NCBI RefSeq assembly: GCF_000143415.4
Contig: NW_003314425.1
Location: forward strand, 149,455 to 213,454
DNA length: 64,000 bases
Direction of reading: 5' to 3'
From: Selaginella moellendorffii
Lineage: Eukaryota; Plantae; Lycopodiophyta
Below the pieces are notes generated by a model. It searched no databases, was not told where the DNA came from, and was given only the letters and a program-made list of their open reading frames with translations. The translations under genes and the position numbers were made by a program. Numbering within the stretch: the first letter of the stretch is position 1; each line of letters starts with the position of its first letter. Shown here one piece after another: positions 48,401 to 60,143 of this stretch.

Positions 48401-51400
48401 GAGAATTTGTGTTAAGGTGAACCTATGTGAAGTTAGTAAGAAGAAGTTGGATGAGTCTTGGAAGTTTGTATTTCTGGACTAAGAGTCATTCTTTTTTCTA
48501 GGATGGAAAGTTTTCCACAAATTTTCTTAGACTTTTCCAATGGCTGATCTATCGGTCACTTTGTCCGAAAACCATTCCATTTTCGTAAGCCAATACAAAC
48601 TAGTGAAGGGGTTGGAGTTGACTTTGGTTGGCTTAAACTTTAGTAAGTAGTTTGTATGATGCAACCCGAAAGGGATGCTGACTTTTGGGGTTAAGGCAAT
48701 TGAGTTGGATAGAGTCTGAAGTTGGGTAGAAAAGTGGGTTGCACTTTTCTAAGAAGGGTGACCCTTGTGCCTTTCTTTAGTGGCATTATGCTTGGTGGCA
48801 GGTTGCACCTTGCATTTTGTTTAGACTCTATGAGAGTAGTGAGCTCTCACTGATCTTGACTTGGTCTTAGTGGCCCTACGCCTTGGCTGAGGATAGTGAT
48901 GTTCAACTTAGTTGTTTAAAGTTGAGATGTTGGTACCCATACTATAGCTTTGTCTATGAGGAGGTTGTGTACCGATATGATCCATCTCATGATCTTCACT
49001 TTAGTTTTGACTAAGTGTTGATCATGCATAGCTAGCCTCTTCAAGGCATGCTCAGAACTATTGACTAGACGTGTTGGTGAGCTTATTACAGTTGAGTTGG
49101 ATTCGAGTGGTCATTTAGTTTATGCTTGCCCGTGAACTTTTATCTCATATTTGGGGTATTACGTTCATGTTGGACAAGTGTGTAACTCAATGGCATGAGT
49201 TAGTGTTTGGGTCTTGTGAAAAGCAAGACAAGTGATTGTTAGTTGCTTTGCAACTAGTGATTGCTTGTAGACTTCATCACAGACTATGACACTTGCTTCA
49301 CTCGATAATGATTAGCAGTGATGGGCTTGTTTTGCTGGATGGTGTTGCGGAGGATCATGTTGTTAGACTTACATGGGTTTTTCCATATTAGCATATCGAT
49401 TCTACCTTTGTCAATATCATTTGGTTGCGTTTAGTTCATGGTATTGGATTTCATTGAGTCTTGGATGTGGTGATTCACTCCTTGAGGAAGTGTTATTTGT
49501 AGCTGAGTATTGTTGAAGGATTGGTCTCGGATACTAACTAAAGATCTTTGACCTTGGTTAGCTTGGTTGCTAGAGAGCTTTGAGTGGTGATACACTTATG
49601 CTTTCTTCTAGCTTTGTTCTGTTGTTGATGGCATTGAAGTGATGCCTTTTCGTTGACATTATTGAGGTTGAGATTCGAGTGAAATGAGATGTCTCTCCTT
49701 AGGATTGATATTGAGTTTCATTAGTCTTAATGAAGATAGTGTTGATGATTTGGCTATGGCTTTGTGTTATTGGCATTCGTGCATTTGTTAGTTAACAACT
49801 GTGTTGACGTTCAAATGAACTGAGTGGCAAGTTTGAGTTAGTTGTGTTCTAGACGAGATTATTTAGTAGGGGTTAAGCTTTGGCTTTTCCTTGAAAAGTG
49901 TTTCAGTCATGGATTATGCTAACTTTACAAGCGGAAGAGTTAGTGATCGATATGGGAAAGTTTGAATCGTTATTGAATTTGAGTTGGAATATATCGATCA
50001 TTGATGATTCTTCTTGTGCTTGTTATGAAATGAGTTATGTTTTGCTATAGATGGATTCATGGAGGATCGTTTGGTGATCACTTGTTGAGCATAGCTTCGT
50101 TATGCTTAGCTTTTGGATTGATGCAGATATGCTCTTCATTAGCTTTGGCATTATGAAATTTAGCTTATGGATGTGTTGAGGAAGATATTGTGGGTTGCAC
50201 CATAATTTCTTCTTTAGCATTGAAATTAGTTCATGTAAGACTTGTGATCATTGTTAGGAAAGACTTGACTATAGACTTCTTCAAGCTTGTGGTTTTTTGA
50301 GTTTTCATGCTCATTGTTCCATTTGTTAGGAGTTGTTGGGGGAAGGCATTTTGGCTCATTAGCTTCGATGTTGACGTTAGTATTTGCATCTAGCAATCAT
50401 TAGTGATAATTGACTATCATCTAAGATAGTTGATTATCCTTATCAAGGATTTTGCTTGATTATTGTTGGTATAGAATGATTTGCTATTCTTCGGGATGGT
50501 AAATTCTTTCTTCAATGATGATTATGCATTTCTCTATTGTTAGGATGATTGATGATCTTTCATGGTGGTTATTTATTCTCTTTGATGGCTTGTGGCTTTT
50601 CGCAATATCACATGTTCTTTGTGATTTGCTCTGGATTGGTCTCTTGGGTTTGAGACATCAGTAGGATGTTGTTGACACTTGCTTAAGCAACTTGAGTTCC
50701 TTGGTATTGTTGGCTGGGATCTATTCAGATTGGCTTTTGTGATAATTGGCAAGACTGAGTGTTTGTTGGTTTTACCGCATTCATTCTCTTCTGTTGATTG
50801 TTGCTCGAGTTAGTTTTGATAGATTTGGATGTTCTTTCCTTTGGTACATCCTTTGATACATTTGCGAGTATTTTGCTTGTCAGTCAATGATACTTTGTGT
50901 TCTTTGAGTTATCTTTCGTAAGTTGTTTGGCATTCTATCTGCAATCTTTAATAGTTAAACTTTATCATTGAGTTTACTTGATGATATACTTGCTATTGAA
51001 TTTTGTTGATGGTGAATCCTATGTTTACTAACTATAATGATCTTGGTGGTTCCTATCTACTATAATACTAGTTTATCGGATGATAACTTGCTTAGAATAC
51101 TTTTGTGTTCTACTCTAAGATATAATCACTGATAATTAAGTCTCTAAGATATCATTGTCTCTGACTTTGATATTGTCCATCTATTAATCTTTGAGTTTGG
51201 GCCAGTATAGGCAGACTGGCTTCGGCACTTCATGTGCATGTTGAAATCTCTAGTCATGGGGTAGCTACTGTCGACTGGTCACATAACCTGCCTCTCTGTC
51301 GATGTCCCTTATTCCGTTAAAAGGGCGTGACCGTGTAAACAACTCTAACTGCCTGTTTACAGTAGTCTATCTAAACCTTACTGACGGGTTTGGTTTCTTT

Positions 51401-54266
51401 GCTTAGGAGGGTTGGGGCCTCTGGCTTCTCTCTCTATGTTCCTACAGGCAGGGGCATATCACACTTTTGTAAGCTGGGTGACTCCCAGAGCAGCAAGGGT
51501 GGCTGACTCCGTTGGTCATTTCCTTGTTGGCGACAGCCGGAAGGTGTCTGAGCTGGTAGCACATCCGCGTTAGACAAAGAGGTTTCATTTAAGTTGGTGC
51601 ATTTCTCACATAGTGTGAGTACCGTGAACTTTTTTTTTGGAGTTGTTTCCTTGGCGGTATTCTAGACTCGAGTATGCATCGACGAGGACGTCGATCTTCC
51701 CTAGGGGGGGAGAGTGTCGCGCATGTGACTTCGGGTATCGAAAGTTACCTGTCGACTAGTCCTTACGGACACTCTTACCGTACTGCCACGATGGCAGGAG
51801 GTCGGTACTGCTGGACCCTTTATCAGTCCCTCTTGTGCTAGTGGAGTTAACTGGGCATTTCGAGTGTACTTAGACCAGACGAGCATAAGGACGGAATTCC
51901 TACGTGTTATTAGCTAAGCATACTTAGCCCGGTAAGGAGTTCTCATCTCGTTATGTCTTGCACTGGCTAGTGACAAGAACCCTCGCATATTGAGATTGGT
52001 CCCTCAATATCGCTAGATGATAGCTTACCGTGTCTGCCAAACACCCTCGCTATCATGCTCTTTGTGTTAGTCTCATTTCGGTCCCAAATGCTATTTATGG
52101 AAAGTGTCCAGATTTGCTCATTTGGCATATCTACGGAATGTAGAGATCGCTGAACACAATGGTGTTCGTCCCGTGTCCAAATTCACAATCTAAAGACATT
52201 CCATATTTAGTAAGTTTCGAGCTTGTCCCAGAGAGTAACTCAAGATACTAAGGGAGGCTTGGGGGAAAGCCCAAAGCGTGTGTCCTCAAGGNNNNNNNNN
52301 NNNNNNNNNNNNNNNNNNNNNNNNNNNNNNNNNNNNNNNNNNNNNNNNNNNNNNNNNNNNNNNNNNNNNNNNNNNNNNNNNNNNNNNNNNNGGGGGGGGG
52401 GGGGGGGGCTGTGGGGGGTTCCAAAATGTTAGTAGGGATAGTGGGTAGGTCGGGCATGTCCAACCAACCTGAGGCATAGTCTAGTTCCTGCTTGTGTGCC
52501 TGCCCTTGTTCTGCGTCCGGCTTGGGTCTAAGCCCAAGTTCCATTCCATGCTAGTTGGTGGAGTACCCATATCCTCACGTTAGGCCACCGGTATGCCAAA
52601 ATAGCGCCAGACTCCGTTTGGCTCCGTTTTGTGTGCTGGTCCTAGCATTGGGATGCTGGTTGCTCTAGAACTGTTCCAAGTCGCTCCGGGCTCCTGTCCC
52701 TTTGCTCCTTGGGCTTTATGCTTGGGAGTTGCTACGTGGTTCGGTTTCGTCACTCCTTGGCTCCATGCTTGGGAGTTTTGCACTGTTCCTTTGTTTAGTG
52801 GCCCAAGGCCCTGAACCTCAAGTTCCTATGGACACGTGGCATGTGATACGTGGCATCTGTCACGTGGCACAAAGAGGGTTTAGGTTCCGCTTCGTGGTGT
52901 TATCCTATGGTAAATCACCATAGGATAAAGGGTCAAAACCACGTGCGCTACAACGAGCAACAATTGGAGGCCTCTTCCTCCAACCGGAATTGTCGTTCCT
53001 ATCATCTTTGCGCTGCAAAGTTTACAACTTCTTGTAGAAGATTGGCCATTCTTATTGCCATATTATTTGCTCTTCACTATAGACAATCAGCCTTGTAATG
53101 TCCTAGCTTGCCGCAATGATGATAATCTTGTCTATAATTCTTCACAAAGAATTTTTGCTTCTTTGACCCCTGTGTACCCGAAGTAGCCACCATAGACTTC
53201 AGCTTGTGATGTTTATTCCCATGTGTTTATAATGATCATCACGACAATTCTCAACAAAAGGACTCCTTGAACGCTTGTAAGACTTATATTTGTCATTGTC
53301 AAGTCGACGAGCAGCATCAAAGAGCTCCTCCAAACTCTTTGTAGGCTGAGAATGATGCAAGTGTTGCCGCATGCTCTCACTATGAAGGCCATCAATGAAG
53401 TAGGACTTGTTCTGATTTGGATCCTTCGTTAGAACATGGCTAATCAAATGAGTTAGCTTCTCAATATAGTCCCCAAGCTTCATTTTCCCTTGCTGAAAAT
53501 GTCAAAGTTCAATATGAGCATTCTCCACGTTATAGTGAAGGGCAAAACGTAAATGGAAAGTAGCCTCAAACTCATCCATCATAGACATTAATGGTTTTTT
53601 ATCCGCAACATAAGACTCCTCAAGTCAATTCCACCACCAAAGACCCGCATCACACAAAACCATTGGAATAGCTATTAAAGCCTCTGCATCCGGAGTTTCA
53701 CTAGCAGCCAAAAACTTTTTCACATTGGCTAGCCAAGTTAGACACTCATCCACACCACCATCACCAAAAAAGATTGGAATTTTGAGTTGATCTACCAAAT
53801 AAGACTTACTTGGAGTGCCACCATGACCAGCCTCGAGTGCCTCAACACACTCACGCAAGGTACTCATCATGCCATACATCTTGTCTTGCATTTCTTGCTG
53901 ATTTTTATTAAGGGCTCGCAACTTGTGAATAACATCTTCCATGGTCCAAACCTCCATAGCTCCGTCGGCACCACTATCGACAATAGGATTCCAACATTCA
54001 ATTTGGTCGGCCATCACAACTAACACCTTTGATACCAATGTTATGACCCGGCACAAAAAGTCAACAATCTAATCTTCCTAGACTAGATTACACTTCCTCT
54101 TGAACCAACCACCTCCAAGCTACCTCAAAAACTCCTCTGCACCATCACTCTTAAGTTCCTTACCTTAACATAAACCCCTGAGCCTCCCTTTGACCGATGT
54201 TGACCATATGGTCAAAGATGGCACCTAACAAATTGCCACACTTTGAATTGTAATATATCCCCAACA
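45430..54266 (-). mobile_element. Older Ty3/gypsy host element (LTR-PBS-gag-protease) split by the 45585-52952 insertion; boundaries approximate
   Basis: PBS TGGTATCAAAGG at ~54026-54037; gag ORFs at 53199-54056; knuckle 'HCGKLGHYKADC'; protease 'LLDSGSDDNFIS' at ~45460-45500 is in frame across the TSD. Confidence 0.75.
45585..52952 (+). mobile_element. Non-autonomous LTR retrotransposon (LARD-like) with ~1.15-kb near-identical LTRs and a non-coding interior
   Basis: LTRs 45585-46739 and 51715-52952 (the latter contains an N gap), 5-bp TSD ACGAG (45580-45584 / 52953-52957), PBS TGGTATCAGAG at 46742, PPT GGGGGGGAGAG; no internal ORF over ~65 aa. Confidence 0.92.
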
Positions 54267-54289
54267 TTAGCACTCAAAACATTGAGGTC

Positions 54290-56220
54290 TTCTACCATAC
54301 CTTTGATCTCCATCCCCAAACACAAGCATGCTTACTATAGTAGTTTCCATGATCATTATAACCACCTATTTGCTCTTCAAATGCTTCTCTAGGTTGAGAT
54401 AAGCCATCCATATGTTCATCTTTTCCATTTCTTCTCGATAAATTATCTTCTCCAATGCCCTATAAAAAAGAGTTTGGATTGTAACACCTAAAGAAAAATA
54501 GAATCAAATGCGAGTAGAGTGTTACCTTTCAGCCACTGCTCACACCTTGTCCAGGTCCGCAAGACACAACCAATAAGCCATGCATTTGATTCACATGTAG
54601 CTACTATTTGGTGACGCTGCTACAAGCCTTTCAAAGTCGTCCTTGGTCTCTGGAGGCTGGTCCTTCTGTAATAACTTCTCTTTTGCTGCAGCCTCCCCGT
54701 TGAGAAGCAGGACATGAGAAGAGTAAATATAAACAAGAAGTAACTCTGCTCTTTCAAGTCAATTGGCACTGTATCCTCAACGTCTTTGTTGAGAGTGGAT
54801 CGACATGCATAGCTGTGGGAATCGTTTTGATGCCAGATCCAAGTAGTCCTCCTCCTCCCTCTCATCATTATCCATGAGCACATTTGTGTTCGAAGGCTCT
54901 TCATTTATAGCTTCTTCCTCCATCAGATCGATGCCATCCTCAGGGGTCAGATATGACGCTTTCATTCCAAGAGATATACGTTTGGTTTCCGCATCAACCT
55001 GTAGAGGGAAATCATGTGGTTTTACTAAAGCTTTCGTTCTCACCTTTAGAACCCATTGGCCGACTTTGTAAAGTGTTGACAAGTCTTGAATAAAATCGTA
55101 AGATACTTCAGAGACATGACACAAGCAACCTGGAGCACAGACTAAGAACTTGAAACCAAGATAGAGAGAGAGCTTGCCACATCGCTCTCGGCAAGGCTGA
55201 TGACGATCCCAAATGCTTCAATGTTGTGTATGCGGCTACTAACGATCTCTCCAGCACCAAACTTCTTCCAGCCACTTGAATCTTGTGATGTTGTTGCCGT
55301 CAAAGACATTTCAATGTGCCCACACAATGGCTCGATGCTTAAAATTCTGACGAAGAAGAAGATATCAGCAAACACTTCCATACGGAGAAAAGTTCATACC
55401 TTCCCGATATCACCTTGCCTGGTGGAAACATTTCTGCAGGGTTTTGTACAAACGAGTTCGATAGGTTCTTCAGTTGAATTCTAGCCCACAAAACAACCTT
55501 TCTCCGTCACATTCTTGACAAAACCCTGCAACACAAAAACAAGTCACGTCCACAGCATGCAAGGTTTCTGCTTACTTGAACTTCATATCTTGCTTAAGTT
55601 CCAACACGGAATTGACAATACGAGCATTGAATGCAGAGTCAAAAAAATTTAATGCATATCTCGGAAGTTACCTTTCAAGTGTTTGATAGCTCGGAAGGGA
55701 CTCAAAACCACCACGTCCACCAACTTACTGAAAGTTCCAAGCCCATCTTTCCCCTCCCTGGTCGTTTTAAATCCAAGACCTTACGAACTGTCCCTCTGTA
55801 AATAAACTGGCTGGGTCATCAATCCATGTATCGTTACATGAACTTTTCCGAAAGTTTCCCATCTGCCTTGCACAGTATGTCCGCCAACACCAGCAAAAAC
55901 TCGTGTCATTTGTCGGCCTAACAGGTCGCCTTTCTTGAATTGTTCGTCACTTGTTTTCAGGTGTAGAGACAAATCCACTTGCTTCCTTTCGTGGTTAACA
56001 CTTCTTATATGGCACTGGAACGGGTCACCGACTTTGAAGCGCTCTTTAAAACGTTCAAGCTCCGAGGGATCGTCAGACGTGTCCAGTATAAAAAGGCAGC
56101 CTTTAAGATGGACTAGCCATGCCCATTTGTCCTTTACTTCTTGAACGTATCTGATAACCGACTGTTCAATGATTACGGTCTCGAAAGTAATCACTGAGCA
56201 TGCAGCATCGTTTCCTGCAA
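54290..56220 (-). pseudogene. RRP5: rRNA biogenesis protein RRP5 fragment (S1 domains + start of HAT repeats), disrupted
   Basis: 'VDAETKRISLGMKASY', 'CHVSEVS..YKVGQ', 'SSYM*IK', 'AER|ALEKIIYREE.EKMNIWMAYLNLE'. Keeps introns but has stops and is truncated. Confidence 0.8.
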
Positions 56221-56479
56221 GTCATGATAAGTAAGCTAATTCAAAGGGCCACCATACAGACCTGCAAGCTCAGATGGACGTAGAGATAAATCCAAAGTGG
56301 CAGCATTTCTGTGTTTTCTGCTGGTTTTGCGTTTTGAAAGGATTTTAGCTCGAACTCTTCTTCATAATGATCAAGACATTGAGGAGTAAAAGACAGACTG
56401 AAAAAGACATTTGAGGAGTTAAAAGACAGACTGGAAAACAGAAACGAACCTCTGTAATGTGCACATTCCCCACGTAAGG

Positions 56480-56800
56480 AGCAGTGGCTGTCCATGGGAC
56501 AGGGCTTGTCTGCCAGTCCTAGAACTATTGAGTGTTGCAGCCTCCATGAGGCGATTTCTTGGGTGATTTGTGACCTGTGCAGTATGAGAAAGAAGTGACG
56601 ATTCACACAAGAATTCTAGAAACATGGAACTCAATCTTGGAAATGTGATCATGAGCATAGCAGGAAGTTTTGAGCAAGAGGACCTTGGTCTCTTGGAATG
56701 CAATGATCACTGCAAATGCCTAGAATGGGTGTCTTTTGAAAGTGCTTAAGCTGTTGGATTTCATTCCGGCACCTTTTGTGAATGCATTGATCACCACCCA
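56480..56800 (+). pseudogene. PPR gene fragment
   Basis: 'MELNLGNVIM', 'RTLVSWNAMITANA*NG'; runs into an assembly gap. Confidence 0.4.
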
Positions 56801-57849
56801 TNNNNNNNNNNNNNNNNNNNNNNNNNNNNNNNNNNNNNNNNNNNNNNNNNNNNNNNNNNNNNNNNNNNNNNNNNNNNNNNNNNNNNNNNNNNNNNNNNNN
56901 NNNNNNNNNNNNNNNNNNNNNNNNNNNNNNNNNNNNNNNNNNNNNNNNNNNNNNNNNNNNNNNNNNNNNNNNNNNNNNNNNNNNNNNNNNNNNNNNNNNN
57001 NNNNNNNNNNNNNNNNNNNNNNNNNNNNNNNNNNNNNNNNNNNNNNNNNNNNNNNNNNNNNNNNNNNNNNNNNNNNNNNNNCTCTACTATGAGGAGCAAG
57101 TAAAAAGTTCCTTGTTTTCTGTTTATGGACATGCTATAAAGACAAACACATCAGACTACTCAAAAAAAGTGAACTTTTTTACTAGTAATAATGTTCTTAA
57201 AGGAAAGTTTGCAAGATTTTAGTATTGCAAGAGTGTAGGACTTCTTCCTTATACTCTTCACTATTTGCTTTAAGCTTGCTATAGGAAGAATAAAATTGAT
57301 AAAAAAACATTAGTTGAACTCTTTGAGAGATAAACAAGAAGTACATATGAATAAAAAAAATGTATTAAAATGAGTACATCATATAAATTTTTTATTTATG
57401 TAAAAATTGACAATATCAAAGCAAACCAGAAAATTATATCTATTTGAGTTCGGTTAGGTTAGTTAGTGTAGATGGTATTGTGTATAATGCCCAACTCTCT
57501 ACCTAGCAACTCTTATTTTCCTCTAGTAGTGGCTCTTACTTTCCTCCAATGCAACATATCTCCTCCCTCACTTAAATCTAAGACATGTGTGAATGCAAAA
57601 GTCTTCATAAGTTTACTTTGCAACACAAATTTTTTCAATGTGCGAACCCAACTTTCTTAATTTTTAAAGTCAACCACTGGCAACCTTGATTGCCAATGAT
57701 GTTGTCCTTGGCTGTGGTATCTATAACCATACAGCTAGGGCCAAAGTTACACCACCAATGGCCCATAGCAAGCACAGCCATGGTGGCACAAGGTCTCAGC
57801 CATGGCTAGCACTACCTTGGCTGGCCTTAGCCGTGGCATAGCCATCTAC

Positions 57850-58078
57850 TAGAGGAGCTAGAGGAGAGCTGTTGTAGGAGGAGTGCTAGAGGAGTTGGAG
57901 GAGAGCTGTTGTAGGAGAAGTGCTGGAGGAGCTGGAGAGCTGCTATAGGAGGAGTGCTGGAGGAGCTGGAGGAGACTCAATGCACAAGGGGTTTTGGAGG
58001 AGCTAGAGGGTGATTTGATGAAAATAAAAAAAAACCTGTAGCAACTCTCTAGTGCTCCTCCTGCAACAACTCTCTTTC
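57850..58078. repeat. Degenerate ~40-bp direct repeats plus one inverted copy
   Basis: 'gagagctgttgtaggaggagtgctagaggag' x3 at 57864-57975; reverse complement at ~58035-58075. Confidence 0.6.
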
Positions 58079-58236
58079 ACATTGTACTTTTGCCAATCCT
58101 ACTCTTGGATTTTTCAGTTAAAAACACCCTCGGATTCGCACTTAAAAACAATGCATTCGAACACTTAAAGTTCACTTAATTCAAATTTTGATTTCAAATT
58201 CAAATTCAAATGTTTAGAATTATATCCCGGCAAATT

Positions 58237-59620
58237 TCAAAGCAAACACGAACGCCACTGGCAAAGACAGAGGGAAAACGTGAGGTTCTCTCTAACCTCT
58301 TTCACATCCTCTGGACTGTGCAACTCCTCACGAGGCTCCCCTTCCGCTTGCTCGGGATCACCGTAATCAACAAAGAGGTCCTGGTCCTTGAGCCTTTTCA
58401 CCTCTTTCCTCCAAGCTTGGATCTCCACCCGAAGATCAGTCTCCCTAACATCAATCAAGAAATTGTGCAAGATGCAACAACTCTTGATGATGTTGGGAAG
58501 GTACTTTGGCTGGATCCTTTGTTTTTGATCCAAGCATCTGAACTTCATTTTAAGAAGTCCAAATGCTTGCTCAATAACAATCCAAGCAAGGTGGTGATGA
58601 AGGTTGAAAGCTGCCTTGGATGGTGTCGGGTTCGGAGCTGAGCAACAACCAAAACAAGTGAACAAAAGAAAGTAGAATGAAGAAGACTTGCTTGTGTGTG
58701 GAATCATCAGATGCTACTGGAGTTGGTACCCTTTGTCCCCCACTAGGTATGGCTTGATCCTATCATCATATGCTAACACCGCGGGCAATGTCAGCAGCTC
58801 CCTTGCTACAATCTTGTTCTTGAGGGTTGAATTACGAAAAACCCTTGTGTCGTGGACGTGTCCTGAAAGCAAAAAGAACATTTTAGAACCATCCACAACA
58901 CACAAAGAAACACATTTGGCCACCCAGCGTAGACACTGAGGAACCTCTTCTGGGCATCACAAACCCCTTGCAAGATGACCGAGTACCGTTGCTTCCGGTC
59001 GTAGTAGCTCTCGCCGTCCAGTCTAGTAGTCGATCGCCCCAGCAACATTAGGCAGTCGGGTTCCTATTGGTCATCAAAACTCATAACAATCCAAAAAACA
59101 TAAGAAAATGTACCTGTCACTTGTCGAAAGCCAGCAGTAACAGCTCGAACCTCCTTGGCGGTTGAAGGAAAATGAATCTTGTACCTGAGACACTTGACAA
59201 TCGCCACAGTAGTGTCCATGACAATCTCATGAGCTGTGGACTCCCCAATGCCGAACTTGTCTGCCAGATCCAAGTAATCTGTGTTCTTGAAAAGCTTGTA
59301 CAAAGTCACCCCCAGTCGAACATCCACCGGCACCGCACTCTTCCAACCGGTATCTTGCTTCCGGATCTTGCTCTCCAGCATGCCACAAATGGTGAAGAAG
59401 GTCCTCCTCTCCATCTGAAGTTTCCTCTTCCACCTCCCCACATCGTAATACTCCAAAGAAAACTTACTCCAGGTGGTGACATTTCGAGGCTTCACCCACC
59501 ACAGGCCGATGCAAAACCTCCTCCCAATCACAGCCCGACGAACCTCAAGTTCACGGTCTTCTTCCTCAGGCAGCACTTGGAGACCGGGGCTCTTGTCATC
59601 CGCGATGTGCAGTGAAACGC
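58237..59620 (-). mobile_element. PIF/Harbinger (HARBI1-like DDE) transposase, intron-containing, inactivated
   Basis: HTH 'LADKFGIGESTA', frameshifted 'LPNVAG-AID', 'RKQRYSVILQGVCD', 'GWP|GHVHDTRVFRNS', 'LVGDKGY', 'IEQAFGLLKMKFRCL', 'CCILHNF'; internal stop. TIRs not found. Confidence 0.85.
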
Positions 59621-60143
59621 TAAAGCAAAAGGGTGAAAGATGAGATTCCAGCGCTGTGTCCCCCCCCCCCCCTTCAATCTTTGCGAGATGTTTTTCACGA
59701 ACAAGATCAATCAGGAGCATGGTCTCAGCAATAGAAGAATTAAGTTGCTTTCTTCTTCTCTCACCTTTTTGCTTTTCTCTCTTTTTCTCTTGTGCATAAT
59801 CATCAATGAGTTTGGTTCCAGTTCTTTCCCCAGGTTCTCTTCGCCTGGCAAGTCTTCATACTAAGGCTTATTATCTGAATCTGGGTGCTCCGTTTTGGGG
59901 CACCTGTTGGCAGGTTTAGTCAGTATTCCCCGATTCTGCTACCAAAAAGAAAATTAAATTTAAGACAACGTGTCATCCTCCTTCTGCATAGTTTTAACTG
60001 TTAAATGTTAATTTTTTCTCCGTGAAGTTCAGGTTGACGGCGGTACTTTGACGAGGCATGCTCACTCAGCGGCCCATGTTTCTGCTTGACTCACAGAGGG
60101 TTTAAAACCAGGGATAACTGCAAGAAAGAGCACTGACATGTTT

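Noticed and set aside
52223-57132. ORFs containing X runs
   Set aside because: They span assembly gaps (52292-52391, 56802-57081).
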